A stretch of 64,000 bases of DNA, from the NCBI GenBank assembly GCA_050951545.1, contig JBMNJG010000002.1:128001-192000 (forward strand). The letters are read 5' to 3'. The stretch's first letter is position 1. Every line of letters begins with the position of its first letter. Below, one piece after another: positions 27,122 to 36,832 of the stretch. The notes beneath the pieces were generated by a model. It ran no database searches. It worked only from the letters and a program-made list of their open reading frames with translations, and had not been told where the DNA came from. A program made the translations under genes and the position numbers. Source of the stretch: Limnochordia bacterium. GTDB taxonomy: Bacteria > Bacillota > Limnochordia > DTU080.

Positions 27122-28357
27122 GTGCGAGACCGCCTATGGATCGGATCTTTCTGGCATCAGTTGCTCTACCCGGAGCTAGGCCCTGGGGGTTTCCAGGATC
27201 CCACAGGCATGTTGGCTTCTGCTGTAAGGCGGGTGTTTGGCTCCAGTCTGCCTGAACACGTCGTTGCTGCTCGCATTCACTACGACAGTGCGGCGGGCTA
27301 CGTGGAACAGCGCGCAGTGGCAGCGTCTGTGCTAGGACACCTGCATCATACCTTGGCGTTGCGCGAACGTCGGTTGCTGGGTTTTGTTCACGGTCGCTTT
27401 CTGTACTGCTGCGGTTACTTTCCGCCAGCCGAGCAGCAGGGAGAGATCTCGTCGGAGGTGGTCGCCACAGACCTCACTAACCGTCTGCGTGAATTGGTGG
27501 GGCATCTACGTGAAGAGCACGACATCCTCTTCACTGTGGGCATAGCTTTTCGGCGGACAATACAGCCCAAGGAAAGCCTCCATGCCTTCCGACAAACTGC
27601 CCAATACGCAGTGGTGGCTTTGCGCACTCAGTTGCAGATCAAAAAAGGCTACGTGCTCGTATGCGACGCCCCAAGACGCGGCGAGCAGCGCTTCGTCGTG
27701 AAGTCGCTTGTTGAGAAGCTGGAGCGAATCGCGCGTGGTGGTGACTTGGAGGCTGTGCCTGACGCTTGTCGTGAAGTATCACACTTCTTGTTTGGTTCAG
27801 AGTACATCCCTCTTTTGAAGGTACGGGGACTGCTTCAGTCATTCCTGGTCTCCCTGAGCATGGCTGCTCAAGCGGCGGGTGTCGATCCAGCGTTGCTGTA
27901 CACTCTTAATCAGCGTTACTTCGAGAGCATCTTGATGCTATACGATTACGACGAGTTGGAACAGGTTATCCATGCTGCGATCGCCAGGTTTGTCTCTGAG
28001 GTGCATGTCATGCGGGCTCGGGAGCTCGAACACCCGGCTGTAGGGCGGGCCGAGGCCTATGTGATACAAAACATAGGAGACCCGCTCTCGCTGTCCTCAG
28101 TGGCTAAGGCGGTGGACCTGAGCCCGCCCTACCTGAGCAGGCTTTTTCGCACTCAGCGTGGCATCACCCTGACGGAGTTCATCAACCGTCAGCGGGTAGA
28201 GGTGGCCAAGACGTTGCTGCAAGATCCTGATAGAAGCATCTGTACAGTGGCCTTTGCGTCTGGGTTTGGCAGTCTGCAGCACTTCAACAGGGTATTCAAG
28301 TCGGCAGTCGGATGCACACCTACACAATTTCGTATCTTAAAATACGTTCATCTTTAG
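27122..28357 (+). CDS. AraC family transcriptional regulator
   Basis: C-terminal double HTH: LSSVAKAVDLSPPYLSRLF...VAFASGFGSLQHFNRVFKSAVGCTPTQFR. Confidence 0.9.
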   Translation: MRDRLWIGSFWHQLLYPELGPGGFQDPTGMLASAVRRVFGSSLPEHVVAARIHYDSAAGYVEQRAVAASVLGHLHHTLALRERRLLGFVHGRFLYCCGYFPPAEQQGEISSEVVATDLTNRLRELVGHLREEHDILFTVGIAFRRTIQPKESLHAFRQTAQYAVVALRTQLQIKKGYVLVCDAPRRGEQRFVVKSLVEKLERIARGGDLEAVPDACREVSHFLFGSEYIPLLKVRGLLQSFLVSLSMAAQAAGVDPALLYTLNQRYFESILMLYDYDELEQVIHAAIARFVSEVHVMRARELEHPAVGRAEAYVIQNIGDPLSLSSVAKAVDLSPPYLSRLFRTQRGITLTEFINRQRVEVAKTLLQDPDRSICTVAFASGFGSLQHFNRVFKSAVGCTPTQFRILKYVHL

Positions 28358-28474
28358 GGAAAGGTCTGTGTGGTCTGATCCAAGAACATGTGCGACGATG
28401 AGGCTACTACACTGAGACCTGATGTTCATGTCGATACCGTAGCGTGGTACAACTAACAAAGGAGGTCCATCCAA

Positions 28475-29362
28475 ATGGCTGATGGCCCGCTTAACACACC
28501 TGAGGCAAAGAGTCAGTTTACAGCGGCGTTTAAGGAATATGCACGAAGCATAGGTGCTGACTTGGTTGGCATCGCGAATATCGAGAGATTTGACGATGTC
28601 GCAGCCAACCATCATCCCCGAGCCATCTTTCCGGAGGGCCGCAGTGTAGTGATGATTGGCAAGCGCATCACACGCGGCAGCCTGCGCGGAGTGGAAGAGG
28701 GCACTCAGTTTGATCTGTACTCCCAGTATGGACGGGACTGGCTCAACAACCGCTTCTTGGCCATGTGTACCTTCAAGGCCGCTGAGTTCTTGGAAGACAA
28801 CGGGTGGGAATCTGTGCCAGTGCCCAACCTACCGCCGCAAGTGCCTCCGATGGGGATTCCGGTTCGTGAGGGGCAGCCAGCCCCCAACGTGATGATCGAT
28901 TTCGAGGATGCTGCAGTGCGGGCTGGCCTTGGTGAGATTGGTTTTTGCGGTGTACTACTTACGCCCCAGTTCGGACCTCGCCAGCGCGTCCAGCTGATCA
29001 TTACGGACGCTCCCCTCGATCCCGATCCTCTAGTGGCTGAGCCTATCTGTGACCGTTGTGTTGAAAAGGAAGAGGCGTGTCCTCTGGGCGCGATTCACGT
29101 CGAGTCTGTGACAGAGCGGGTCATCTGTGGCAAAGCGATGCCAGTGGCGCGCATCGAATATGGCAAGTGCCGTTCCTGTGCGAATGGCGCAGCGCCCAAT
29201 CCGCATTACACCTCGGGCTTGCCCGATCGTCTTGCGGCATTTTGCATGCGCACTTGCGTTAGCCATCTGGAGGAGACGGGTCGTGTGCAAAACACCTTCG
29301 AGAACCCGTTCCGCCAGCGTAACCCATGGCAGGTGATCACTGAGCGGCGCATTATCTCGTAG
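28475..29362 (+). CDS. QueG/reductive-dehalogenase-like Fe-S protein, copy 1
   Basis: GADLVGIA, AAVRAGLGEIG, LLTPQFGPRQR, IITDAPL, CDRC-x6-CPLGAI, CMRTC; AAAGGAGG RBS. Confidence 0.75.
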   Translation: MADGPLNTPEAKSQFTAAFKEYARSIGADLVGIANIERFDDVAANHHPRAIFPEGRSVVMIGKRITRGSLRGVEEGTQFDLYSQYGRDWLNNRFLAMCTFKAAEFLEDNGWESVPVPNLPPQVPPMGIPVREGQPAPNVMIDFEDAAVRAGLGEIGFCGVLLTPQFGPRQRVQLIITDAPLDPDPLVAEPICDRCVEKEEACPLGAIHVESVTERVICGKAMPVARIEYGKCRSCANGAAPNPHYTSGLPDRLAAFCMRTCVSHLEETGRVQNTFENPFRQRNPWQVITERRIIS

Positions 29363-29392
29363 TCACCACGCGAGCAAGAGAGGAGCACCGTC

Positions 29393-30487
29393 ATGGCTGT
29401 TACCACAGAGAGTCTCAAGGAATATGCCCATTCCGTTGGGCTTGACCTGTTCGGGGTGGCCAACATCGAACGCTTCAAGGATGCCCCCAAGCGTATGCAT
29501 CCGGCTTCGATCATGCCTGGAGCGAAGTCAGTGATCGTCGTTGGCAAACGCATTCTGCGCGGGGGTTGGCGCGGCATCGAAGAGGGTACCTACTGGCCCT
29601 CCTACACCTATTTTGACTACCACGGCCTGCTAAATAGCTTCTTCATACCGTGGGGATCGTACCATCTGGCCTGTCATCTTGAAGATCACGGCTGGGAAGC
29701 AACTCCCTACTACCCAGGGGTCCCCGAAACCCAACCCACTCGCCAGCCGTTGCGCGAGGGAGGGGTGGCCCACAACGTGCACCTGGCCATCCGCATCGCC
29801 GCGACCGCTGCGGGTGTGGGTGAGATGGGCTGGTCAAAGGTATTTTTGACCAAGCAGTTTGGTCCACGTCAGCGCCTACATGCGGTGATCACTGATGCAG
29901 AGTTGGAGCCGACTCCACTTGTCAAACCAGGGACCATCTGCGACCGCTGTATGCAGTGCGTGCAAGGTTGTCCGGGAGCGATTCCCCATATGAGGGAAGG
30001 CAAGACGATCAAGATCCAGATCGAGGATTACACCTATGAGTGGGCGGACGTGGACTTGGGCAAGTGCACCCTGATGTATCACGGCGGAGATCCGCGTACC
30101 TCGCCTTTCTTGCACAAGGACTTTCCGGGCTGGAAGTTCGACATACCTGAGCAGGAGCTTACTGAAGAGGCGGCCTACAAGTTCGCTTGGACACTGTCCA
30201 CTGCTCGCTGGCGCGCTACAGATGAGTTCCCATCGGGCTATGTGGTGGAAGGTCACGCCATGCTTCAGAAATGGGGCGTCGGCGAGCGCGAGGGTTCCAG
30301 TTACGGGGTTGAAGGATCGCGCGGGTGTATGAGAAGTTGCTTCAACCACCTGGAAAAGACCGGACGCATTGAGGCGCGTTTCCATGGTGGCGATTTCATC
30401 AAGAGACCGCGATGGATTCTTTCGTCGAAGACAGCGAAGCGTGTGGCGGAAACAGAAGAGCAGCAGAGCGAGCCCGACGCTAGCTAA
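29393..30487 (+). CDS. QueG/reductive-dehalogenase-like Fe-S protein, copy 2
   Basis: GLDLFGVA, AAGVGEMG, FLTKQFGPRQR, VITDAEL, CDRCMQCVQGCP, GCMRSC. Confidence 0.75.
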   Translation: MAVTTESLKEYAHSVGLDLFGVANIERFKDAPKRMHPASIMPGAKSVIVVGKRILRGGWRGIEEGTYWPSYTYFDYHGLLNSFFIPWGSYHLACHLEDHGWEATPYYPGVPETQPTRQPLREGGVAHNVHLAIRIAATAAGVGEMGWSKVFLTKQFGPRQRLHAVITDAELEPTPLVKPGTICDRCMQCVQGCPGAIPHMREGKTIKIQIEDYTYEWADVDLGKCTLMYHGGDPRTSPFLHKDFPGWKFDIPEQELTEEAAYKFAWTLSTARWRATDEFPSGYVVEGHAMLQKWGVGEREGSSYGVEGSRGCMRSCFNHLEKTGRIEARFHGGDFIKRPRWILSSKTAKRVAETEEQQSEPDAS

Positions 30488-30710
30488 GTCAGGACAGTAG
30501 CAGTGCAAGTGCAATAGGTAACATCCCTCTCGTCCTGTCTGACTGATGGGCTGCCCTACCAGTTGGACAGGACTATGTGGGGGGAGTATCGGCAGCGAAG
30601 CATGAGTCGAGCCGGGGATGTCTGTCAGCCGGACTAAACCAAATGGCAGGAAGCACCTGGGCCCTATGGAAGTCATCCATGAGATCATGACTTTCTGGGG
30701 GCTCGTGGCG

Positions 30711-32795
30711 ATGGATAAGGAAGGTACCAAGTCTGCTGGCAGCGCGATGGTATATGAACACATTGTGGCCCTGGCGAAACCTCAGTTTTCGCGGGCAGAC
30801 AGTCTGCGTGCTGGCATCTTTGATGCTGAGGAACTGAATGCATATATCGCGGACATCAGAAGCCGCTTTCGGACATTGCTTAGGCTTCCTAACGTTGAGA
30901 GGGAGCCTCTTTCGGCGCGCACCACTGGTGTGGTCATCCGAGATGGTTACCGCATTGAGAAAGTGATCTTCGAGAGTCGACCATCATTCCTGGTTACAGC
31001 GAATCTCTATCTTCCTACGGATGTCTGCGGGCCTCTCCCCGGGGTCCTACATCCCTTGGGGCACACGTGGAACGCAAAGGCTGGTGAGACATACCAACGG
31101 GTAGCCGTCACGCTAGTCAAAAACGGCTTTGCGGTCTTCTCATATGATCCGATAGGCCAGGGAGAGCGCATTCAGTACTGGGACCCTCTGCGCGAGTGTT
31201 CCTCGATCGTAGCGAGAGCTTCCAACAGCGCCGTGGCGGAGCATGAATACGCGGGCATCCAGAGCTTGCTGACAGGGGTCAGCATGGGGGGGCTCATGGT
31301 TTGGGATGGCATGCGGGCGCTGGACTACCTGCTCTCGCGGCCGGAGATCGATCCGGAGCGCATCGGATGTACCGGGGTCTCGGGTGGTGGAACCAACACC
31401 TCGTATCTCATGGCTTTGGATGAACGTATTCGTGTGGCGGCACCCATCTGCTATATCACAAAACGGCAACGCTGGCTGGCTCGCAACGAATATGCTGATG
31501 CTGAGCAAGTGCAAGATGACGTGATCAAAGAGGGCATCGACCATACGGAGCTATGCATTGCTACTGCTCCCAGGCCCTTGCTGATTGGAACGAGCACTGA
31601 AGATTTCTTTCCGATGGAGGGAGCTCTCGAGTCGGCGGAGCAGGCTCGCCAGGCTTACGCATTACTGGGTGTTTCAGACCGCGTTCAGACTGTGGTTGCC
31701 GAGGGACAACACGGTTTCTTGCCTGTCCATCGAGTGGCTGTCAGTGATTGGTTCCGCCAGTGGCTGTGTAATGAGGAGAATCCCCAGAGCGTGGACTGGG
31801 GAGCGGACCTTACGCTTGAAGAGGACGAGACACTCTGGGCAACGCCGCAGGGCCAGACCTTCCATCTGGGCAGCAGAACGGTCTTCAGTTTCACGCGGCA
31901 GGAGGCTCTGCGTCTTGAGAAAAGCCGGAAACGCTGGTTCGCGCAGCCTGCTGGTACTGATATCTCCATGGCGCAAAAGGAGCTGCGTAGCAGGCTGCAA
32001 GAGCTGCTGCGAGTCGATGTTCCGCAAGAGCCAGTACGGGTGGAAGTGGCGGAGGCAAGCTCAGATGTGAAAGGCGCCACCCTCACGCATCTGCGCTATT
32101 GGCCTGAGTCGGGAATCGAGATCCCGGCAGTGCTGATGCGTCCGCTTGGGGTCAGTACACAAAGCGTGGTCTACGTCAGCGAACATGAATGCAGTACCGT
32201 CGCCGAATCACTTGCGGAGCTGCATTCCCTTACGGCAGCCGGAGCGACCGTGCTCGTGATTGAGATGAGAGGGAAAGGCTCTACGCTTTCCGCCGCGTGC
32301 AAGATGTCGAACTCCTACAAGCGGTTGGGGGTAGAAGGATATCATCTGTATAACTACGGGATGGTGGGCCGAAACCTGCTCGGATGCCGTGTTTTGGATG
32401 TGTTGGCTGGTGTGAACTGCATGAGACAGCTTACCGGAATGAACGCTGCGACGGTGATCGGTGAAGACCTAGGCGCACTGGCGGCACTGATGGCTGGGGC
32501 ACTGGACACGCAGATTGCAGGGGTACAGCTGCGCGGGTTACTGGTCTCCTACAAGGCCTTGGCGACCAATGAGTTTCGCCATCAGCCAGCAAGTGTGTTT
32601 GTACCAGGCATTCTCCAGGTCTGTGACCTGCCTGAGATAGCGGCTTGTGTGGCTCCAAGACCCTTGAACATGGTTAGTGTAGTCGATGAAAAGTGCCGAC
32701 CGCTGTTTGGCGAGCAGATCGCCAGCGAATATGGACTCACCCGCAATGTCTATGCCCAACTGGGCGTAGACTCATCGTTGATGCTTCCCAGTTGA
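30711..32795 (+). CDS. Acetylxylan-esterase-like alpha/beta hydrolase with duplicated, degenerate second domain
   Basis: YRIEKVIFESRP, YDPIGQGER, DGMRALDYL, GVSGGG nucleophile elbow; second domain has GEDLG instead; start codon uncertain (30618-30748). Confidence 0.75.
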   Translation: MDKEGTKSAGSAMVYEHIVALAKPQFSRADSLRAGIFDAEELNAYIADIRSRFRTLLRLPNVEREPLSARTTGVVIRDGYRIEKVIFESRPSFLVTANLYLPTDVCGPLPGVLHPLGHTWNAKAGETYQRVAVTLVKNGFAVFSYDPIGQGERIQYWDPLRECSSIVARASNSAVAEHEYAGIQSLLTGVSMGGLMVWDGMRALDYLLSRPEIDPERIGCTGVSGGGTNTSYLMALDERIRVAAPICYITKRQRWLARNEYADAEQVQDDVIKEGIDHTELCIATAPRPLLIGTSTEDFFPMEGALESAEQARQAYALLGVSDRVQTVVAEGQHGFLPVHRVAVSDWFRQWLCNEENPQSVDWGADLTLEEDETLWATPQGQTFHLGSRTVFSFTRQEALRLEKSRKRWFAQPAGTDISMAQKELRSRLQELLRVDVPQEPVRVEVAEASSDVKGATLTHLRYWPESGIEIPAVLMRPLGVSTQSVVYVSEHECSTVAESLAELHSLTAAGATVLVIEMRGKGSTLSAACKMSNSYKRLGVEGYHLYNYGMVGRNLLGCRVLDVLAGVNCMRQLTGMNAATVIGEDLGALAALMAGALDTQIAGVQLRGLLVSYKALATNEFRHQPASVFVPGILQVCDLPEIAACVAPRPLNMVSVVDEKCRPLFGEQIASEYGLTRNVYAQLGVDSSLMLPS

Positions 32796-32804
32796 AAGGA
32801 TGGA

Positions 32805-33869
32805 TTGATCATGCATTGCGCTCGCCTTCGTTGTGGCCTGGCTATCATGGCTTTTGCCCTGTGCCTGGCGGTCTTCACCAGCGGAGCTTCAGCAGGTGTG
32901 GTGGAAGACCTGATTGGTCAATTGGATCACCCGATATGGACAACCCGCCGTGATGCTGCCTTGCAGTTGGGCGCACTGTCTTTGGAGGCTACTGAAGCCG
33001 TCGATCCCTTGACAAAAGCCTTGCAGGATCGTGTCGGTCCTGTTCGCTATGCAGCGGTGACCGCGCTGGGTGAGATCGGTGGCTGGGCCCCAGGCGCGGT
33101 TCCGGTTTTGGCCGAGACATTGTTCGATAAGGATCCAGAAATGCGCTGGCAAGCTGCTGTGGCCTTGGGCAATATTGGTTTTCGGGCTGTAGAGGCGGTT
33201 CCCGCATTGGCCGAGGCCCTTCTCGATCAGTACACCGAGATTCGCCATGCGGCCGCCTGGGCGCTGGGCATGATCGGCCCAGGGGCCCGAGAGGCCATTC
33301 CGGCCCTGGCCGAGGTGATGGCTGATAGCGACGAAAAGGTGCAGCAGATGGCCAAGAGCGCGATTATCGAGATAGGTGGCCCTGAAGCAGTTCCTCTGAT
33401 GCCCCCTTCTGAAGCAGAGGTGGCGGAAGCTACTGACGCGGCTTCGAAACTCGTCGTCATAAAGACAGCCAAGGGGCCTATCAAGATCGCTCTGCGGGGT
33501 GATCTGATGCCCTTGACAGTGGCTAACTTCACCAAACTGGCAGGGAGCGGTTTCTACGACAACCTGATTTTCCATCGGGTGGAGAACTGGGTAGTTCAGG
33601 GCGGCGATCCCGAAGGGACTGGCACGGGAGGCCCGGGATACACCATCAAACTCGAGACACATACTGCAATGCGCAATGTGCGTGGGGCTATCGCTATGGC
33701 CCGGGCATCCCATCCGGACTCGGCTGGTTCACAGTTTTATATTCTGAAAACGGACGCTGAGTGGCTGGACGGGCAGTACGCCGTCTTCGGTCAGGTGATC
33801 GAAGGCATGGAGGTAGTGGACGCCCTCGTGGCTGGTGACGTAATCATGTCTGTAACCGTCGGCCAGTAG
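32805..33869 (+). CDS. Secreted HEAT-repeat / cyclophilin-type peptidyl-prolyl isomerase fusion
   Basis: Signal peptide, about five VRxAAxxALGxIG repeats, FHRVENWVVQGGDP, AMARA, SAGSQFYI, LDGQYAVFGQV. Confidence 0.88.
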   Translation: MIMHCARLRCGLAIMAFALCLAVFTSGASAGVVEDLIGQLDHPIWTTRRDAALQLGALSLEATEAVDPLTKALQDRVGPVRYAAVTALGEIGGWAPGAVPVLAETLFDKDPEMRWQAAVALGNIGFRAVEAVPALAEALLDQYTEIRHAAAWALGMIGPGAREAIPALAEVMADSDEKVQQMAKSAIIEIGGPEAVPLMPPSEAEVAEATDAASKLVVIKTAKGPIKIALRGDLMPLTVANFTKLAGSGFYDNLIFHRVENWVVQGGDPEGTGTGGPGYTIKLETHTAMRNVRGAIAMARASHPDSAGSQFYILKTDAEWLDGQYAVFGQVIEGMEVVDALVAGDVIMSVTVGQ

Positions 33870-33884
33870 CTTAGTGGAGAAAGG

Positions 33885-33916
33885 TGAGCTCCGAAGCCCG
33901 ATGGCCTCGGAGCTCA
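33885..33916. terminator. Hairpin between convergent genes
   Basis: TGAGCTCCGA...TCGGAGCTCA 10-bp stem; no strong U-tract. Confidence 0.5.
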
Positions 33917-33931
33917 GCGCATGTTTCGTGC

Positions 33932-35218
33932 TTACTGTGGGTTCTGCTTCAGAAATGCCTCCAGTTGACGCGCAATCTCGGTGGCGGCCGACCTGGCTTC
34001 TACCGTGTTGTTCCAGAGCGGGCTCAAACCTTGGTCGATGATTCGCTGCAAGCTCTTGCGGTCACGGGAGATTACGCGCAAGGTACCGAACGTAAGTAGG
34101 TCGGGATAGATCTCCGGGTTGACTACGGTCGTGGGCAGCCAAGTCAGTGCTACGGGGCGGGGTGGTGTACGTCCGAGTAGCTTGGCATCGATGGCCGAGC
34201 CTGCAGGCCCAGTGATGTACGAGACATAGCGCCAAGCCGTCTCGACGTCTTTGGCCTGTTGGGTGATGGAGATGCCGAACATCCCTAGATCTGTTGTATG
34301 CTGGGCTTGTCTGCCCGGACCCTTAGGATAGGGTACTAGACCTATCTGAAAGCCCCCTTGGGCAAAAGCAGGAATCGACGACATCCAGCGGCTGGACATA
34401 CCCACTTTGCCTTGGGCGAAACCAACAACGTCATCGGCACCGATCTCGCCAGCGATCCTGTTATAGGGTAGCATCGCTTCGTCTTGCCAGATCAGAGCGT
34501 GCAAGAAGGTCAAGGTCTCCAGGTTGGTCTCGTCGCTAAAGGGGCTTCGTGTCGGACGCTTGGGGTCATCAAACTCTCCGCCACCGTTGGAGGCCATCCA
34601 GGTGCGAGGCAGGTGCATCGACGCACCCATTGTTGAGCGTCGGCCGTCATCGCCCCTACGCGTGATTTTTCTGGCCATATCGCGAAAGGCCGACCAGGTC
34701 CAGTTGCCCTTCCTGTAGTAGTCGATGGGATGCGCCAGCCCGGCCAGATCGAAGAGCTCAGTGTTGTACACGTACACGGAAGGGTTGGCCAGAATAGGTG
34801 CAGCAAACAGCTTTCCGTCCACTGTGTATGTGTTGAGCATGGGGCCAGCCATGCGTTGCACCTGGTACTCGGGTGTCTTCTTGATTAGGGGGTTGAGGTC
34901 ATGAAGGAAGCGATCATCCCCGAAGCTCATGATATCCGCCATGTCCAAGGCTATGACGTCCGGAACAGTACCGGATGCAATAAGTGCCACCAGTCGATCG
35001 GGGTAGCCGCTCTGAACTCGTATGCGCTCCACCTTGACGTCCGGGTTGGCAGCTTCGAAGGCTTCGGTTAAGGTCCGGTAGGCGTCTTCCCATGCCTCGC
35101 TGCCAGCGAGATAGGTAAACTCGATGGATTTCGATGCACTAAAGCCACAAAGCGAGAAGATGAAGAGCATGGCTAGTCCTAGAACGAGAGGTAATGCGAT
35201 CCGTGGTGATGGTTTCAT
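33932..35218 (-). CDS. Sugar ABC transporter substrate-binding protein
   Basis: FEAANPDVKVE, PDVI, YNTELFDLAGL, WTWSAF; signal peptide. Confidence 0.88.
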   Translation of the reverse strand: MKPSPRIALPLVLGLAMLFIFSLCGFSASKSIEFTYLAGSEAWEDAYRTLTEAFEAANPDVKVERIRVQSGYPDRLVALIASGTVPDVIALDMADIMSFGDDRFLHDLNPLIKKTPEYQVQRMAGPMLNTYTVDGKLFAAPILANPSVYVYNTELFDLAGLAHPIDYYRKGNWTWSAFRDMARKITRRGDDGRRSTMGASMHLPRTWMASNGGGEFDDPKRPTRSPFSDETNLETLTFLHALIWQDEAMLPYNRIAGEIGADDVVGFAQGKVGMSSRWMSSIPAFAQGGFQIGLVPYPKGPGRQAQHTTDLGMFGISITQQAKDVETAWRYVSYITGPAGSAIDAKLLGRTPPRPVALTWLPTTVVNPEIYPDLLTFGTLRVISRDRKSLQRIIDQGLSPLWNNTVEARSAATEIARQLEAFLKQNPQ

Positions 35219-35349
35219 GTTGAGCCTCCTGTATCCAAATGTGGTAACGGTGGTTCAATTGTACCACAGAAATCGCAGGGGTGTTCTCACTTGGCAGAGC
35301 GAGTCTCTGCTTGGGCACGCGGCGGGAGACATAGATCTGCCTACATGTC

Positions 35350-36594
35350 CTACTTCCCAAAGACCGCGGCAAACTCAATCTCCAGGAGGCGCTGAGCCTC
35401 ATCGAGGGCGGCCTTCGGTCCCTGACGCAGATGTACCACGTCCAGCATGGCGTTTCTCGTGTTATTGTAGATGGCCGGGTACCACAGCGGAGGTCGCCCA
35501 AAAGCCACGTCAGCTTGACGCAACAGTATCGCTTGGGGAGGGGGTAGTTCGTTGCGAATCAGGGCGATCGAATCAGTGCGGGTAGGCAGACGCGTCGTCT
35601 GTCGCCACCAGCTGGCGTGGGTCTCCTTCCGCGACATCCAGTTGAGAAGGATGCTCGCACCTTCGACGTTGCGGGCACCCAAGGGAATGACGAAAGCGGT
35701 ACCGCCCAGCCACGTGCCGTTGTGTCCATACTCTGGGTGCGGCACCTCGCCCACACCGTAGTTGAGGCCTGGATTTCCCGCAGCGATACGACCTACGTGT
35801 CCGCTTTCGTGAGCTACTAAAGCGATATGACCCGCAATGAATGGGTCGCCTGTGGATGCAACAGCTGCGTTCGGAAAGCGTTCGCCGTAGGACTGCAGCC
35901 ACTCGAAGCCTCGAATATGGTTGGGCGTGTTGACGACAGGTTGCTTGGTGGCAGGGTCAAACAAAGCACCACCGAAGGTGTAGAGCCAGCCTACTGCATA
36001 CCAGTTGTCTGCTACCCAAGGAATAAAGCCAAGCTGGGTATACCTGCCCTCTGCGTCGCGCGTAGTCAGCTTACGCGCCATTTCGTCGAGTTCGGCCATT
36101 GTAGCGGGTGCTCGGGATTCGTCAAAGCCACCCTGAGCTACCAAATCCTTGTTCCAGTACAGACCGCGAATATCTGTATCCCAGGGAATGCCATAGAGTC
36201 GCCCCTCGAGCTGCACTTCGCTGAGCGAACCAGGCAACCACATCCTCTTGAGGGGCTGATTGGTCAGATTGTCGATGGGTTGAAGCAAGCCTTTGTTGGC
36301 CCACTCGATGATGATGGAGCGTTCGAAGTGCACGAGGTCTGGCGGGTTACCCCCCGCAATTGCTGCTATCAGTTTATCTCCACTTGAGCTCCCGCGGATC
36401 AGCTCCACTTCCACAGTGGGGTTCTCCTTCTCAAACTCCTCGACAAGCGCTAAGTACACGTTATCGACGATGGTTTCACCGTACCAGTTGTACTGATAGA
36501 CCACCTTGGTTCTTGCGGCATGAACGACGGGTAGCACGCCCACTGTGGCGAGCACCAGAATCACTGACACTAATCTTTTTCTCGAAGCTCTCAT
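35350..36594 (-). CDS. Sugar ABC transporter substrate-binding protein
   Basis: FEKENPTVEVE, IAGGNPPDL, LYGIPW, LYWNKDL; signal peptide ending VHA. Confidence 0.88.
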   Translation of the reverse strand: MRASRKRLVSVILVLATVGVLPVVHAARTKVVYQYNWYGETIVDNVYLALVEEFEKENPTVEVELIRGSSSGDKLIAAIAGGNPPDLVHFERSIIIEWANKGLLQPIDNLTNQPLKRMWLPGSLSEVQLEGRLYGIPWDTDIRGLYWNKDLVAQGGFDESRAPATMAELDEMARKLTTRDAEGRYTQLGFIPWVADNWYAVGWLYTFGGALFDPATKQPVVNTPNHIRGFEWLQSYGERFPNAAVASTGDPFIAGHIALVAHESGHVGRIAAGNPGLNYGVGEVPHPEYGHNGTWLGGTAFVIPLGARNVEGASILLNWMSRKETHASWWRQTTRLPTRTDSIALIRNELPPPQAILLRQADVAFGRPPLWYPAIYNNTRNAMLDVVHLRQGPKAALDEAQRLLEIEFAAVFGK

Positions 36595-36832
36595 ACTATG
36601 GCCTCCTTGCCCAATTGTATTCGGGGTTTCTGAGTGAGCCCTTTCAATAGGTTAACGGAATAGACCATGATTCCTTTATTGGCGTTTGGAGTTATGAAAA
36701 GCAGTGACTATTGCGCCCTGGTATGCAGGGCGACATGCAACAATGGCTAGTGGTGAATAGCCAGGATGTACAGGAGAGGTCGGAAGTGCGGCGAATGTAT
36801 GATGTGACGTTTTCCCTGGGGGAGGTACGAAA

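Noticed and set aside
28358-28474. Cobalamin riboswitch ahead of the QueG-like pair
   Set aside because: Region is short and lacks the GGGAA/GCCACTG B12-box elements
28475-30487. Respiratory reductive dehalogenases
   Set aside because: Too short, no Tat signal, no rdhB membrane anchor
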